Below, in pieces: positions 1-13,600 of a DNA stretch of 64,000 nt. A program made the position numbers and the translations under genes. Position 1 is the first letter of the stretch; the number at the start of each line of letters is the position of its first letter. Below the pieces are notes generated by a model. The model searched no databases. It was not told where the DNA came from and saw only the letters and a program-made list of their open reading frames with translations. Source of the DNA: Guillardia theta CCMP2712 (taxonomy: Eukaryota; Protista; Cryptophyta); contig NW_005434672.1 in NCBI RefSeq assembly GCF_000315625.1, positions 539,503-603,502 on the forward strand, written 5' to 3'.

Positions 1-728
1 ATATCCTTCCACCGGTCCCTTTCGGGTTGTTTGATCTCGATTCCCGGGGAACCAGCTGCTGGGGTGGTGAACTCACCAGTACCCCATGGTTTCATACTTT
101 GTCTGCTGTGAATATGGTGGGTGGGTCAAAAAGATTTGATAACTTCGAGCACCTGAGGGTCCCCTGTACCCCACCCCATTTTGCCGTTCGGTACAAATCT
201 TGGTAGAATATTGGTAACCTGTCGGTCGGTACAAATTATGGTTCAATCACTACCCCGCCCCCCCCTCCACCCCCTTTCAAGTCACCCCCATCCTACCACC
301 CCTCATGAAGTGGGTGAAAGTTGCATCGACCATGGGTAGTCCCATGGTGACCTCAGTTGTCAACCCCCACCCCCATGGTGCCTGTGCGAAGAACGATCAT
401 TACAACCCTATAGGGTCTACCTCACCAAAATCATACTTGAATCATTATGCTGATATCATCAAGGTAGATTTCTCATCGCTGAGGAGTGCCTTGTGACTAC
501 ACCCCTTGACTTGGACCCTAGAGTGATAGAATCTTCTCTCGTCACCAGCATGGAAGTGAACAGAACGGAAAGTGGTCGGTGCGGAACGGTTACAAAACAG
601 TTACCGTTATCTGGCATCGGATCATGAAAGGGTGGGCCGGGGCCCGGTCGTCGGCCGCCCGGCAACAATCCGGCCCAGTCCTGTAACCGGCCGTAACGAT
701 CTTTGTGCCAGAATTAGAGACCGCGGCG

Positions 729-3700
729 ATGGCGGGAATGGAGGGGGGGGAAGGGTGCGTCTTCCGCTATGAAGGGCACGAAGACGACCAGCCTCTGTTA
801 TGGCGAGATCCTCTCAATGATCTCGTCGGTGCTCTCAACGAGGTGAGTCACGGGCCTCCTCTTTACTTGCTGCACTCTGACGCCACGATGCGTCGTGACT
901 TCGCGCGACGAGTGCGTTGCGCCCCTGAAGTTCTCGCAGTTGATGGTCAAGAGGAAGAAGAAACTCGGCCCGGTGCTGAGCCAGGTGATACTTGGATGCC
1001 TGGGATGTCTCCTCGGACGGAAATCATTGAGCGACAGGCTGCCAACATGGAGGACATCCCCCTGGACGACGAAGAGGATTACCGGCCGAGATCTGTGCGC
1101 TCGCGCCGCCCGCGCTCAACGGGTCTGGAATTGAAGACTTGTGTGCTATGCTCATGAGTCTGATGACTTGGCAAAACAGGAAGAGACCGGCCGTCCTCAA
1201 TCGGAGTGAGATCCATCACCCCCGAGGGCCGCGCCTCCAGGGGATCGACAAGCCCGAGACGGGTTTCATCTCGCACGAAGCTGGGTGAGCGTCTGCCGTC
1301 AGGGCCTCGTCCTCCTGATTCATCTCGTCTGTCCCCAGGTGCGGGTGGGCCCTCCTATCAAGACCGGCCCAGGAGCGACAGGCCGTACCTTGCTGGATCC
1401 AATGCGCTGGGAGGGTCTCGACCAGGTTTGAAGGTTCTGGAGCGTTCCTCTGCAGCTGAGCTGCTTGCTGCAAGTAGATGATGATGATGACATCGAAGAC
1501 TGGGAAGACATCGACTCTGACGATGAAGAGACCCCCATGGTACGCCAGTTCTGACGGCGAGGATCAGGATGACCTCGGGTTGAGCAGGACGAGGAATGGG
1601 AGGCTCCTCCTGCTCTTGGCGAGGATGGCGATGAGTATGCCCCCCAGGAGCCACAAGGAGCCATTCTTCGCTCACAGGTGTGGAGGCATGGAGTGCACCT
1701 GTTGGATATTGACATCTCTACAGCCGAAAGAAGACGCTAAGATGGCAAGGAGGGAGCAAAGGAAAAAACTAAAGCAGGAACTGATAGAAAAAGAGAAAGA
1801 GCTTCAAGAAGTTCGATCTAGGATCTCTGCTGACGAGGTTTTGCTGCGCCTGAGGAAGCAGCAGAGCAGCGAGCTTGGCTCCTCCATGTCGGAATGCCAT
1901 GAAGGAGAAGAGCAAGCAAACACCTGGATCAAAGCACTCGAGGAAGTGTTTCACAAAAGAACAGCAAAGGTGAACAATCTCCTCGATGATATCGTGCCCT
2001 CACTCTCTGTCTGTCTTATAGCTGCAAGAGCATGATGGAAAGATTTCCCTTACGAAAAATCACATTGAACAGTGCGAGCACATGCTCTCAGACCTTGACC
2101 TGGAGAGACGCGCTGCCGTCTCAAAGTACATCTCGGATGAGCAGACTTTCAGCAATACGGTCAAGGTGGAAAACAAAACGAGCGATATCTGGCGAGCTCT
2201 TGAGGAAGAGATTCGTACTTCACACAAGAAGGTCCTTCCAAACTGTATCCTCGTGTTTTTTCGTGACTCGCTTCTTCCCCGCCCAGTCGGAGGAATCTGT
2301 AAGCAAGCGACAGCGAGAGCATCTGAGGCTTAGCAAACACTTGCAAGATCTCGTTGTTGGTGAGGTAGAAGTTACAAAACGTGTGTCCACCATGGAGAAG
2401 GTCGCTTCATGATTTCAACCGATGGTTCTCGTGAGACACAATATTGCAGACTTTGAAAGAAGTGCAAGACGAGGGGAAGGATCTCAATAAGTACTGGAAG
2501 CGCATCTCCATCGATCAAGAGATGCTTGTGGGAGGGGCGGTAGCCCAGGTGGATGCAGAAGAAAGGGCGAGAAGGTCTGGAGGATGGTGGTATGGAGGAA
2601 TAAGGATGTGACTATTTCTGCCAGTCATCTTGTGGGTCATGGGGAGAGAATCCGATCAAAGCTCGAGATTGCCAACGGCAACCTGAACGCGCAGAAATCG
2701 GTCATTGAAGATCAGAACAACATGGACGAGGTGTGGGCGAGGACGAGGGTGAAGAGCGAAGGGGGTTGTGAACCTAGTGGCTGTTACAGGAGCTCAAGGA
2801 GAAGACAGACGAGGTTGAGTCGAAGATCCGGACGATACAGATCGAGATCGACGAGCTGGAGGAGGCAAAGGCTTCGCTTGAGCGGCAACGCGACGAAGTG
2901 CATCAAGTCTGTCAAGACAAGGTCTTCCCCCTTGCCCCCCGTGTTCCCTTTCTTCTTCAATCATTTCCGGGGCTGTCCATGCGATTTTCTACCGGTGAAA
3001 CTTGTCGCAGGTTGACAATCTGAACTCCAGCCTGAGAGCCATCGAGACATCAGCAAATGCTGTGGCGACCGAGCAGGTTCGCGAGAGGAGGAGTCAAAGG
3101 ACGCTTGCACGGGAAGTGCTGATCCCGCCGTAGGTCATCGCTCAGAGAACTCTGGCGAGCAGCGAGGAAGCTCTTGAGACGTTGGAGGAGAGCGAAGCGC
3201 GAGCTCGCCTCGAGGAGGACATTGAAGCCCTCAGACAATCACTGCACTCCATCGAGTCTAGGTAAGCTCATCACATGCAACTGCTCAATCCCCACACCTC
3301 TCAAACCTTCTCCCGCTGTACTCACCTCCTCCTCATTTTCACTTGTTCTCTCAGGCTGCACGAGGTGCAAAAAGAACGAGCAGCAGTGAGAGACACACGA
3401 GGGAAGACTCAGCGGGAAGCGATGAACGAAGCTGCTCGTCTCAACTCCAAGGTCTCCTCTGCTGCCGCCTTGCGCCAATGCCCCATTTGACGATGGCCAT
3501 GCTCTTTGTGTGCTCCTGCAGGTCAAGGAGATCGATGAGAAGGTTGAGGTCCTCCTAGCTAAGAGGGTGAAGCTCGAAGGCGAACAGAGACAGTTGGACG
3601 GGCAGCGGGTGGTCGTCCATGCACGTGTGAAGCAGGTGCCCACCAGCTGGAATGAGAGCGATGCTGATGTGTCTGGCTGCAGTCGAAGAAGTCTGTCACC

Positions 3701-4865
3701 CCCCTCGAGCAAGAGCGCAAACTTTATGAGGCCGAGCTGGAGTGGGTGAGGGAGTTCGAGGAGCACTCCTTCATGCGCCTACAGGTGAGGCAGCGAGTCG
3801 GCGATCCCGCTGATGATGACTTGGCTGCCGTGTAGGAGAAGCACGAGGAGAAGCTCCAGCTGGAGGAAGAGCTGGCGGAGCTGAAGAAGAAAGGGTCGCA
3901 GCAGCTCAACGAGCAGAGCGAGGATGAGAGCATCGTGCAGGATGGGCTGAAGGCTGTCATCGAGCTCAAGGACAAGGTCTTGCTAACTCTCTCAGCGTCT
4001 CCCCAGCTGACTCCTATGCATGACAGATCGTCCTCCATAAGCAGCACGTGGAGAAGAAGCTCAGGGATGTGCAAGAGAAGCTGGCGAGCAGTGAAGCCGA
4101 GGTTGCGAGCCTAGCTGCCACCATGCAGGCGCTGGACGGCAAGATCTTGGAAGCAGACGACGCGGCATCAGAGTTTGAGGAGAAGTCTGTCACTCTCAAG
4201 GCTGACTGGGAGGTTCGAAGGACTGGCTCCTTTTAATCGAACTGATGAGATGGCGCAGACAAAAGATCTTGACTGGAGGAGCAGACGCAAAGAGTGCCAG
4301 GCTAAGTTGAAGAAGGAGGAGAGAGCTCTTTCTGCTCTCATGGAAAGCCGCCAAGTCCTCCAGGAAGAGCTCGATGAAGTGATCCAGCAGCTCTCCGACC
4401 AGGTCCCCAACAGCCTCGTGCTCTACTTGTCTCCCTCGTGATATCAGTCGCAGAGGCACGCCGCCAGCAACGCCCGGGAGCAACAGGGAGTCCTGAGAGC
4501 AGAGAAGTCAGAGTTTGACAAGCTGATCGCTGGCATGGAGGTGAACTCACTGACTCTAGCACTCTTGCCCTCTCCTCTCGCTCCCTTCACTTTTCTTGTC
4601 TTGCTTCCTCGCCGACCTGCCTGCAAACCACGAGCTTGGCATTTTTTCCTCTATCGTGAACATTCGGGTGACATAAAGTTGTCTCTACAGGCTTCCATCA
4701 ACAAGAACTGCGACAGGGAGGACGTTCTTGTCCGGCAGATCAAGGCTCTCCGCAAGTCCATCGTCCAGTCGCGCGTCGGCAACAGGTGCTGTCACCATGC
4801 TCCTCTGCTTCGTTGAGCCATGTTTGCACAGATATCGAGAGAAGATTGGGGAGACTCGGCACTGA
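729..4865 (+). CDS. Large multi-exon coiled-coil protein of unknown function
   Basis: Chain of short GT-AG-bounded exons encoding E/K/Q/L-rich heptad segments (e.g. KLKQELIEKEKELQEVRSRI, EKKLRDVQEKLASSEAEVASLAATMQAL). Last exon RYREKIGETRH* ends at TGA 4863-4865. Exon structure not fully resolved. Confidence 0.65.
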
Positions 4866-4911
4866 TCTCGAACGCGCGCCACATCAAATCAAGCACAGCA
4901 AGAGAGATAGT

Positions 4912-4945
4912 GATGGATGGATGGATGGATGGATGGATGGATGGA
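4912..4945. repeat. (GGAT)n microsatellite
   Basis: Direct reading: gatggatggatggatgg... Confidence 0.9.
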
Positions 4946-5049
4946 TAGGAGTGAGATGCCTGACGTTGCTGATGTTCTATGTTTCATTTTTGTCAAGGCG
5001 CATGTATGAAGTCATGTCACCAAGTCTTTATCTCAAACGAGCCTAAACC

Positions 5050-5850
5050 CTACATCTGCACTAGCAACAGGTTGCCATTGATCTGCAGCCTCGCCGGCTC
5101 GTCTTTGGCCTCCAACTGAGGCTTCCTGGAATGGATCATCCCTCTGGTCTGGCTCAGCTGCACCCGCAGATATCGCAATGGGGGTATGAACGTCTTGTCC
5201 AAGTGCAGGCAGCCCGGCAGGACCCCGATGACACCCTGCCGCTCGATCCTCGCGATCATCCTGGACATGCGCTGGTCCACCTCCTCCAGCAGCTCCTGGT
5301 GCAGGAGAGCTTTGCTCGTCAGGAGGAGGATCTCGAACTCGATCTTGGAGTAATCGACCTCAGCGGGCTCGGGGCTGCCCGTTCCCTTGCACGCGAGCAT
5401 CGTCTTGATCAGGCACTCCAGGAAGCTTCGGCTGTCCCTTATCTTCCTCGCCACCAGACTTTCAATCAGCTTCTTGACGAGCAGGCAGGAAACCCTCGGC
5501 CCATCCTTGAGCCTCGTCTGCTCTGAGAAATCCAAGCGCGCCCTGCGCATCGGGAGCTCGTCGTCCGAGCCCTCGTCCGCGGCGACCTCTTGGTAGGTGT
5601 CTTCTCGGTAGGGATGGTACCGGTACTTCCGTATCGAGCATGTGTGGCTAAACTGAACCTCCTTGCCGTCAAGCTTCCTCTTCCGTCCTGGTGAAGCTGC
5701 TGAGACTGCCTTGTGGTTGTCAATCATCCCTGGACTCTCACTGCATCTGAGAGCGATCGTGTCGTGTGCAAGGAAAGAATGGTTCCAGATCTTAGAAGCA
5801 CACATGTTCACTGCTTTATCGACTCGTGAGGAAAAGAGAGACGCACGCAA
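5050..5850 (-). CDS. Intronless hypothetical protein, 266 aa
   Basis: Long stop-free ORF with GC-rich third positions. Contains an NLS-like PGRKRK and an RVxF-like KEVQF. No family recognised. Confidence 0.6.
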   Translation of the reverse strand: MRASLFSSRVDKAVNMCASKIWNHSFLAHDTIALRCSESPGMIDNHKAVSAASPGRKRKLDGKEVQFSHTCSIRKYRYHPYREDTYQEVAADEGSDDELPMRRARLDFSEQTRLKDGPRVSCLLVKKLIESLVARKIRDSRSFLECLIKTMLACKGTGSPEPAEVDYSKIEFEILLLTSKALLHQELLEEVDQRMSRMIARIERQGVIGVLPGCLHLDKTFIPPLRYLRVQLSQTRGMIHSRKPQLEAKDEPARLQINGNLLLVQM

Positions 5851-6949
5851 GAGAGAGGATGTTCGATATCGAGAGGAACCTGATCTGTGAACGAAGGAGA
5901 GAAATTAAATGGAGAGACAGGAAGGATGAACAAAGAGTGAGAAAACGCGGGAAGAGAGGGATATATATCAACACAAGATTGCTAGGTTTATGTACAGGCA
6001 GGAGGGATGGACTAGTCGAGGTCTGACCGGTGCTGATTCCAGGTCAGGAAGGGGTGGGGGGAGAGGAGGGGGTGCTGCATGAAGAAGTTTGATGACTCAA
6101 CACGAAAGACATAGGTATAGGCAGAAGGGGGAGCGGGGAGGGAAGGGAGGGGGTGGGGTGGGGGTGGGGTAGGCGGATGTGAGGATGGAAGGAGATAGGA
6201 GCAGGAGTAGGCGGAAGAGATGAGAAAAACTCAGGGGGGTAAAGTAGTGGTAGGGGTAGTAAAGGAGGGGGTTATGATTGTATGATTTTATGGGAGTATA
6301 AGGGGTAGGGGATTTAAGACTGAAGAAGGAATAGCAGGGGGTGGGGTGACTCCTTTCTGTGTGATTTCTGGTAGGCAACAGCACCCTGTCACGTTTCAGC
6401 TGAAGATCCGAGGAGGGTGGGGTACTTACAATAGGTTTAGAGGGGTCCGTCAAGATTTGTGAGGGTGGGGTGGACTTGGGGGTCGAAAAGTAATAGATTT
6501 TTTACGTGGGAGACTGGGAACATAACCGGTTGAATCTAGGGGTAGGGGTGAAAATACGAGGGGTAATGCTCTTTTATGAGGGGTAGGGGGTATATGCTGG
6601 ATGTGATTGTGTCAGGGTAGGTACCATGATCAGGGGTACTTCGACACTCGGGCCGCTCTTTTACTGTATATTTGCTGGGTGGTGAACAAGTGTACGCAAG
6701 TAAATCAATGTGACTAAGTTGAAGGAGGGGTCATGAGCGAAAAATTGGGGTACGTGGTGTTAAAAGGGTTAAGAATGAGGGTGGGGTGGTGGCTACGGTT
6801 GATGGAGTGTTTGATATTATTGCAACGTTCCAGCGGCTGACCGCAAGAGAGCCTACGGGACCACCCACCCTCCACTTTCACCGGATGACCGTGGTATACC
6901 AAGGGGTGGTCAGACACCGGGAAGGCAAATTGAACGGAGGAACTTCCGA

Positions 6950-7530
6950 AGTCAAGGCAGCGTAACGCGAGCGAGTCGATTCTCGTCAGCCGCTCTCAAG
7001 TCAGCCGACGGCCTCCCACTTGACTCTGACCTTAGTAACAGATAAGCCTCTTGACTCGGTGATGCCGGGCACGTTCGGAGTGCCGCTCAGCGGCTGACTC
7101 AGTGAATTCTTTGACTCAAACGTTTAGCGGGCCCGGTTGAGTAAAGGCCGTAGTGTTCGTAGTGTTTCCTCTTTACTCAAAGTGAAGTTAAAATCAGTAC
7201 GAGGACAATCAGGAGAGTCGAGGAGTGTTTAGTATGACTCAGTGATCCGATCCGATCCGACCGGGCCGCGGCCCGCCGCCACTGGCCCGGGTGTGCAGCT
7301 GGCAGCGCGGCGTCCGATCACGGATCGGGCGTCCGACCGGGGGCAGATAGTGCGGCTGGCGATGATGCCAGACAAAGGCTCCGTGAACTTGCCAGTTGCC
7401 AAGTTGTTTGGCAGGCCGCGGCTCGCCGCCACCGTGCCCCCCGCCGGGCGCCGGGCCGGGCTCAGCGGCCAGCCTCAGTGAGTACTAGTCACGGTCACCG
7501 GGCCGGGTGCCCGGCCCGGCCGGCGAAGGC
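6950..7530. promoter_or_regulatory. GC-rich palindromic-word island in divergent intergenic region
   Basis: Dense CCGG/GGCC/TGACTC/CCGATCCGATC words between two divergent gene starts, flanked by GGGGT/ACCCC-rich tracts. Confidence 0.45.
7172..7224 (+). repeat. Dispersed conserved element, copy 1 (TTTACTCAAAGTGAAGTTAAAATCAGTACGAGGACAATCAGGAGAGTCGAGGA)
   Basis: Near-identical to 36382-36421. Positions 7201-7224 match the reverse complement of 59528-59551 at 24/24. Confidence 0.85.
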
Positions 7531-8136
7531 AAAACTTTCTAGAAGATCAGAAGATCAAAAGTTCCAAATGAACCTCAAAAGTTCAGAGAACAGGATGACT
7601 CATCCAGGAGGACACCGGTTCATCGGTTAACCCCTACCCTCTTACACGAGTCACTCTGGTGCATGACCCCCATCAGATTGAAATGGATTGACTTGGTGCT
7701 CTAAGATAAGAGATTTCTCTCTGATAAAAGATTAAAATCGCACCTAGATAGTTCCCTACTCATTCTGCAGGCTGTTATTATGTACCCCTACCCCTCAATT
7801 TGGTTCAGCTCGCTACACAACCCCTATTTTCAGTACCCCACCTCCTTGAAATCCTTGTACACACAAAAGCAGCCTCATCATCCTTTCCCCGTTCCCTTCG
7901 ATCCTTGCCCTCCTGTATCTCCCCTTCCTCTCTCCCTCCTCTACCTGCTTCTCCTCCTGCCTGTCTCCGTCCTCGTCCTCCCTCCTCCCTCCTCCCGATC
8001 CCAAGATCATCCACAGCTTCCTCCTCCTCCCTGGTGTCCCGATCCACCGCCGCTTGCTCCCCTTTCTCTCCTCACCTCGCAAGATCTGGTGAAGTTACCT
8101 CCTGCGGGCGACAGAGAGGCGTTTCAATCCTGAACA

Positions 8137-11100
8137 ATGCTTCGTCGTGGGCACCGAGGAGAAGTTGACATGGAGGGCGGGGCCGCGAAGCCATTCCACG
8201 ATGACGAGGGGGGTGGCCTTGACATGAACGCGCCGACAAGTTTTGGAATGCCGAGCATGTCCAGTGGAATTCAGGTTGCACTGATGAACATTCTCATTCT
8301 CATCTCTTCCTCCCCTCCCCTTCTGCACCTTCGCATTTCAACCAGTGCGAGCCTTACTTGCCCTCACACTTTCTCCTGCATCCCTTGCCGCTGACTTCAA
8401 CTCTCTTCAGTCTCTCAACGAACCTGACCCAGCCACGTTCGAGTCGCTCAAGCAGGTCATCTTGGTCGCAGGGGCGGCTGGCTCCTTGCTCGTGCTCTTC
8501 ATCGCAGGGTTCACCATATCCTTCGTCTTCCTCGTGTGCATGGCATCCTTGTGGTACGCAGCCGACATGACAAGGCAAGGCCTGCTCGCGTACTGCAAGA
8601 CGCTTGCTGACTCTTCTCTCCTGTAGTTGGATCCTCTCCTCCCCGTCAGGCACGCGGGACATGAAGGTCGTGGCAGACGCCATTCGGGAGGGAGCAGAAG
8701 GTTTTCTATCCACTCAGTACGGGACCGTAGGTAGGTGGTCGCTGGTGGTTGCAGGAGCTCTTTTCTTCATCTACCTCATCCGGCCTGTCGGGGAGGGCGC
8801 GCACGTCAGCAGCTTCAGCCTTGCGCTGCTCACCGTCCTCGGGTTCCTCCTTGGGGCTGCCTGCTCGGGCCTTGCTGGGTGGGTCGGGGTCTGGATCTCG
8901 GTTCGGTGCAACCTGCGGGTGGCAGGAGCGGCGGCGAACAACCAGGCGGGGCTCGCGCTGAAGCTTGCCTTCTGCGGAGGAGCCGTCTCTTCCATCATCT
9001 CTGCCGCCATGTGCATCCTTGGGATCTCGCTGCTCTACTCTCTCCTGTACGCGAGCTTCGTGCTGGGTGGAGGTATGAAGGTTCACGTAATCCCCCTCCT
9101 GCTCGTCGGGTACGGCTTCGGCGCCTCCTTCGTCGCGCTGTTCATGCAGCTGGGGGGAGGCATCTACACGAAGGCTGCGGATGTAGGGGCCGATATGTGC
9201 GGCAAGGTGAGTGTGAGGGGAGACAAGGTGGCAGGCAGGAGGGGGGAGAAGGGAGGAGGGAAGAGAAAGATCATTCAAGGAGGAAAGAGCAATGAAGAAG
9301 ACAAGGGTCAGGGGAAGGATGAGGCAGAGGGAGCAGGGAGCAGGGAGAATGGCAAGATGTTGACCATCGTTCCTCCTGTAGATCGAGAGCAATATTCCCG
9401 AGGACGATCATCGGAACCCTGCAGTCATCGCGGACCTCGTGGGCGACAACGTGGGCGACTGCGCGGGGAGCATGGCGGACGTGTTCGAGTCCATCGCAGC
9501 AGAGATCATAGGGACCATGATTCATGCGGGAGTGATCATGAAGCATGTCGGAGCTGCTGATATGGAGGTAAGGACCCTCCTCCTCCTCCTCCTCCCCCCC
9601 CCTCCCCCCTCCACCCCCCACGCTCTTCTCCTCCTCCTCCTCCTCATCCTCATCCTCTCCCTCTCTCCCTGGCCCCTCCTCCTCACCGTGTCTCTCTCCC
9701 TCTCTCCCTCTCTCCTCCTCCTCCATCAGCTGCTGTGCCATGTCGACTTTCTCCCCTGCTCCACCTGCCTGTTCCTCTCCTCTTCTGCTCTTCGACCCGC
9801 TATCATTCTGTCATCGTGGCCCTCCCTGCCAGCCACCTCCAGCATGTCTGAGTACTGACGAGGAGGGCAGGGCTACATGTTCTTCCCCTTGGTCGTGCAT
9901 GCCTTTGACCTGATCGTCTCCACCATCGGCATTGTCATTGTCAGGACAGCAGAGGAGAGAGAATGTCAACAACTTTTCGCTGCTGCGCCTTCCCCTCACG
10001 CTATCTCAGGTGACCAGCCGCTACAAGTCATGCGACGAGCATACGTCGTGAGTGCAGGTACACGCGCGAGCTGTTGAGAGGAGGGAAGGAAGGAAGCGTC
10101 ATGGGGAGGTGGAGGGATGCAGAGAGCAGGAGGGAGGAGCAGGAGGCGTTCTAAGCTGGACATGGCAGCGCTTGCCCTCGGCAGCTATTTCTTCATCACC
10201 TGGAGCATGTTGTCGACAAGTGCAGCCCCCTGGGCATGGTGGAAGGTAAAACCAGGAGGCGGACGGGAAAGGGGAGAGGGAAGGGGAGGGGTTGGGGCTC
10301 AGTGGCAAAGGAAAGGACTGTAAAGACACGGACGCAGACATGACAAAGGGGGGAGGGAGGCAGGCAGGGTGACTGTTCCTTCAGTTCTTTCTTTGTGGTC
10401 TGCTGGGGATTTTCTCAGCCTACGCGCTTATCTTTATCACCCAATACTACACGGACTATGAAAACCCTCCCGTGAAGGGCATCGCCAGGGCGAGCACGAC
10501 GGGACATGGTGAGTCCTCCACCACCCTCGACCCGTCCTCCCTCCTCTTGCCCTCCGATGCCTGTCCCATCTCATGTCCAGCGCTCCTGCTCTTCCTCCGC
10601 TTCCTATCCTTTCCAGTCAAGTCCAATTCATTCTCATTTGCGCTCCTCTTTTCTTGTTAGTCCTGCCTTTCTCCTCCTCCTCTCTTACAGTTCTCCTCCG
10701 TATCTCCGTCTCTCCTCCTTCTCACCCGCTCCTTCCTGTCTCCAGGCACCAACATCATCGCCGGTCTTGCGGTCGGCTACGAGAGCACAGCAGGACCAGC
10801 CGTCGTCATCGCCCTCACCCTCCTCCTCTCCTTCCACCTCGGCGAGTCCTCGGGCCTCGGCTCCGGCTCCGGTCTCTTCGGCACCGCAGCCGCGACCATG
10901 GGCATGCTCGGCACTGCCGTCTTCATCCTTGCCATGAACAACTTTGGGCCCATCGCCGACAATGCGGGAGGAATCGTCGAGATGTCCGAGCAGCCTGAGA
11001 ACGTCAGGATGGTGACTGACAAGCTTGACGCGGTGCCGTCCTGACCTCTCCCTCCGTCCATACTTCCCTCCCTCCCTCCCTCCCTCCCTCCCTCCCTCCC

Positions 11101-12649
11101 TCCCTCCCTCCCTCCCTCCCTCTTCCTTTCTCTCGCTTACTTGCTCCTGGTCGTGATGTTGTTCCTTACAGGTCGGCAATGTCACTAAAGCTGCCACTAA
11201 AGGGTATGCAGTGGGAGGTTCAGCCCTTGCAACTTTCATCCTCTTCCGCGCGTACCTGGATGAGGTCTCCTCCTCCTCCTCCTCCTCCTCCTCCTCCTCC
11301 TCCTCCTCCTCCTCCTCCTTACTTTCTCCCGAAGGTGTCTGAATTTTCGGGTCACGACTTCGAAGTTGTCAACATTGCCAAGGTCAGACTTGTCGTCCCT
11401 CTCGCTGCTCACAGCGCGACAGGTGGAGGTTCTCGTCGGGGGCCTGCTGGGCATCGCCATGATCTTCCTGTTTGTTGGCTGGGCCATCGACGCCGTCGGC
11501 AAGACTGCGCAGGAAGTTGTGAGGGAGGTCAGGAGGCAGTTCGAGATCTACCCAGGTGACTCCACCTTCCCCCTCCTCTCTCCTCCTCTGTCCACCTCGC
11601 TCCTCCTCCTTCCTTTCCTCTGTCCTTCTCTCTCCTCTCTTGTCAACAACCAGTCTCCTACTACCTCTTCCGCCTTTGATCTCGTCTTCCTCTCCCTCCT
11701 TCCCTCTCTTCCTCCCTCTCACATCATCACATCGCCCTGTCTTCCCCTTCATCGCTCCCCTCTCCTCCTCTCCTCTCTCCTCCTCTCACTCCCGCGCAGG
11801 CATCCTCGAGGGTTCGCAGAAACCCGAGTACAACACCTGCGTCGCCATTGTCACCCGGGCAGCGCTCAAGGAGATGACGAGACCAGCCCTGCTTGCGCTG
11901 GGAACTCCCGTGTTCATCGGCTTCCTGTTCAAGTTCATCGGCTCCTACCGGTACCCTCCTCTTGCCTCCTAGATCAAACTGATCCTCTCCTCTTCCTTCC
12001 TCTCCCTCCCTCCCTCCCCTCCCTTCTCTCTCCTCTTCCTCCTCTCCCTCTGTTTCCTCCGCTCTTCTTCCATCTTGGCCGACTCATCACGTAAGAGGAG
12101 AGCCCAATCTCGCGCCTGAAGTTCTCGCCTGCTTCATGATGTTCGGGTCTCTTACTGGCCTCCTCGTCGCCGTCCTCCTCGACAACGCGGTCTAGTCACG
12201 TGACAGCGTTTCTCCTTCCTCACCTTCTCTTCCTTGTCGCAGGGAGGAGCATGGGACAATGCTAAGAAGTACATCGAGACTGGCATGCACGGAGGAAAGG
12301 GAAGCGACGCACACAAGGCGGCTGTCACGGTGATGCTTGTCACATGCTCCTCCTTACCTTCTCTCTCCTTTCCTTCCCTTCCCCCTTGTCCTTCCTCTTC
12401 CCCTCCCTTCGTCCTCATCCTTCACCTCTTTCCTTTACTCCGTCCTCTTCTATCTCCTCTTCGTCCTCTTCATCGTCCAGCCTCCTGCCACCCTTCGCTA
12501 ACCGGCACCTGCTCCAGGGAGACACTGTTGGTGATCCATGTAAGGACACAGCTGGGCCAGCCTTGCACGTAATCATCACCACCATGTCCACCACCATCAT
12601 CGTCTTGGGTCCTCTCTTCCTGGATCGTGCTTCTGCCTTGCGCCATTAA
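8137..12649 (+). CDS. Membrane H+-translocating pyrophosphatase, type II (K+-independent, AVP2/VHP2-like), multi-exon
   Basis: Spliced motifs [70 protein letters not shown] (Lys marks the K+-independent class), [12 protein letters not shown] and [14 protein letters not shown]. Confidence 0.95.
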
Positions 12650-13169
12650 ACTAGTTTTCTTCTTCCCTCCCCCCCCCCTCCTCCTCCCCCCTCCTCCCCC
12701 CCCCACTCCTCCTTCCCCTTCCCCCTTCTCGTTTCCCTTCCCCCTTCTCGTTTTCCCTTCCCCCTCCCCTTCTCCTTCTCGACATCTCCCCCTCCTCCTT
12801 CCGCGCCAATTTTTCCTGTTGCTCAAGAACACGAGGTTTGGGACGCGGTTGCAAGGCAGCTATCATTCATTGCTTCCTTCTACTGGTACATCTCTGCCGC
12901 CTCCCACCATAACACAGTCACATGTATCTCACACCACCTGATTGAACTGCGTCCCAAGCATAACCTGCACATCATTAATACCCTTCTCCTGCTGTCTCCT
13001 CTCGTTTCGTCTCATCCCCTCCTTTTCTCTCCTCTCCTTCTCTCTCTCCCTCTATCTGTCTATCTCTCTCCCTCTCTCTGTCTGCCCCTCCCCACATCTC
13101 CAACCCGCTCTTCCTCTCTCCTCCTCCTCCTCCCCCCCTCCCCCCGCTCCTCCTCCTCCTTGTTCGCCT

Positions 13170-13600
13170 TCAGGCTGCTCTCACCGAGTCGGTGGGGTCA
13201 GCCTTGCTGTGGCTCATCTGCCATGCGTTCGATCTCCGGCTCCCGAAGACGTTGAAGGGAGCTGCCAGCACGAATACGTCAGGTCAACATGAAGACTCCG
13301 TCCTCTCACCTCCTAGGCCGATGTCGAGCTTTGTCAGCTGAGCCAGCTGCAGGCCGAGCTCAGAGGTCGCACAAGGAGCAAGAAGTGCTAAGGAGAGACT
13401 CAGGCGAGCCTCATCACCTGGGTGGTCTTCTGATCCACATGACAGGCATAGCTGGTCTGCAGTTTCATCCTTCAGCTTCATCCTTGAGGAGCAATCAGAA
13501 GCACCTGCGCCAGGCTCTCTCGCTGTTGAGTCTTGTCTTCTGGCAGAAACTTGCTCCACATCTGCCGTCAAAGCGTCAAAACTGACCTGGCAGTCAGTGC
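13170..13600 (-). CDS. Hypothetical protein, fragmentary model
   Basis: Coding-like segment (MKLKDETADQLCLSCG...LTKLDIGL) between low-complexity tracts, downstream of a GC island. No homology recognised. Confidence 0.3.
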
